Shown piece by piece: positions 62,990 to 64,000 of a stretch of 64,000 nucleotides of DNA; position 1 is the first letter of the stretch, and each line of letters starts with the position of its first letter. Origin of the DNA: an uncultured cyanobacterium (GTDB lineage: Bacteria > Cyanobacteriota > Cyanobacteriia > Cyanobacteriales > CAWUOF01); contig CAVUSO010000001.1 in the NCBI GenBank assembly GCA_963744145.1, positions 6,304,001-6,368,000 of the forward strand. The letters are read 5' to 3'. The translations under genes and the position numbers were made by a program. A model generated the notes under the pieces. The model was given only the letters and a program-made list of their open reading frames with translations. It searched no databases and was not told the DNA's origin.

Positions 62990-64000
62990 TTAAATACTAG
63001 GTGGGAGAGGATTAGGGATATAGCCCCATAGGTAGTCAATTTCTACTGCTGCTAATCCTTCTGAAAATGAATTAGCATCATCAAATTGAGGTGCGATCGC
63101 GATATTACCATTTTGATCAATAAATCCCCATTTTCCGTCGATTTCTACTGCTGCTAATCCTTCAGCAAAAGGATAAGCGATAAAATATTCATTAATTTCT
63201 GGGAATTGTGGTGGGATGACGAAATTTCCTGTTTGATTAATATATCCTACTTGTTCACCAACTTTTACAGCAGCAAGTCCTTCATAAAATCCTTCAGCAG
63301 CATCAAATATAAATGGAATTATCACTTGAGAATTTTGATTGATGTAACCATACTTATTGTCGCGTTTTACTACTGTTAAACCAGCTAAAAAATTTCCAGC
63401 TTGTTCAAATTGTGGCTGGATCATTAAATTTCCTTGTTGATCAATGTAACCCCATTTTTGCTGCAATTTTACTGCTGCTAATCCTTCTGAAAATATTCTA
63501 GCACTGTCAAATTGTGGGGAAATGACTATATTGCCACTATAATTAATAAATCCCCATTTATCTTGGATTTGAATACCTACTAAACCCTGAGCATACCCTT
63601 CGACTTCGCTCAGGGTGCAGTCGAAACATTCAGAAAATCCACTCACACCATCGAAAATTGCTGGAATCACTAAATTTCCTGTTTGATCTATAAAGCCCCA
63701 TTTATTATTAATTTGAACCGCTGCTAAACCTGAACAGAACGCGGAAGTATTAGCAAATTGGGGCTGAATAACTAAGTTACCATTTTTATCGATAAAACCA
63801 TTTTTTCCCCCAATAGTTACTTGAGCTAAACCTTCAAAAAATGGTTCAGCAAAATTAAATTGTCCTGCAATTACTAACTCTCCAGATGGATCGATATAAC
63901 CCCATTTGTTGCGAATGGTTACTTCAGCTCTTCCTTCAGAGAAAGACCCAACATTATCAAACTGAGGTGCGATCGCGAATTTTTTAGTTTGATGATAATT
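62990..64000 (-). CDS. WG-repeat protein, 5'-truncated by the window
   Basis: Repeated FSEGLAAV...KWGFID..G..VI.PQF units continue to the window edge. Confidence 0.88.
   Translation of the reverse strand, partial: NYHQTKKFAIAPQFDNVGSFSEGRAEVTIRNKWGYIDPSGELVIAGQFNFAEPFFEGLAQVTIGGKNGFIDKNGNLVIQPQFANTSAFCSGLAAVQINNKWGFIDQTGNLVIPAIFDGVSGFSECFDCTLSEVEGYAQGLVGIQIQDKWGFINYSGNIVISPQFDSARIFSEGLAAVKLQQKWGYIDQQGNLMIQPQFEQAGNFLAGLTVVKRDNKYGYINQNSQVIIPFIFDAAEGFYEGLAAVKVGEQVGYINQTGNFVIPPQFPEINEYFIAYPFAEGLAAVEIDGKWGFIDQNGNIAIAPQFDDANSFSEGLAAVEIDYLWGYIPNPLPPSI
63587..63628. repeat. Nested short dispersed repeats, 42 nt in frame within a WG repeat
   Basis: CTGAGC[ATACCCTTCGACTTCGCTCAGGGT]GCAGTCGAAACA inserted between the FSE and GL codons. 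Confidence 0.8.

Overview
Cyanobacterial chromosomal window: the HIP1 octamer GCGATCGC is abundant and the gene set is typical (sasA, cikA, smpB, rimP-nusA-ylxR-infB, cobN, nusB, ribE, mrdA, cheW/cheR, tRNA-fMet, rsfS, yqeK). The main finding is a 1226-aa DUF1156-type adenine DNA methyltransferase (43661-47341, minus strand). It carries, in frame between its SAM-binding and DPPY motifs, an intact REP-associated tyrosine transposase (RAYT/TnpA-REP) domain bracketed by two doublets of GTGG-type REP palindromes; the same REP family recurs elsewhere in the window. An IS200/IS605 element has precisely recoverable ends (1720-3885), splits an HNH nuclease gene, and its tnpB has been hit three times by 24-28-nt mini-elements. 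The same mini-elements also sit in frame in a Uma2 gene and a WG-repeat gene, nested inside each other in two places. An M20 amidohydrolase has lost most of its metal and catalytic residues. Five single-base frameshifts in conserved genes may be sequencing errors. All calls come from reading motifs by eye; no database searches were run.
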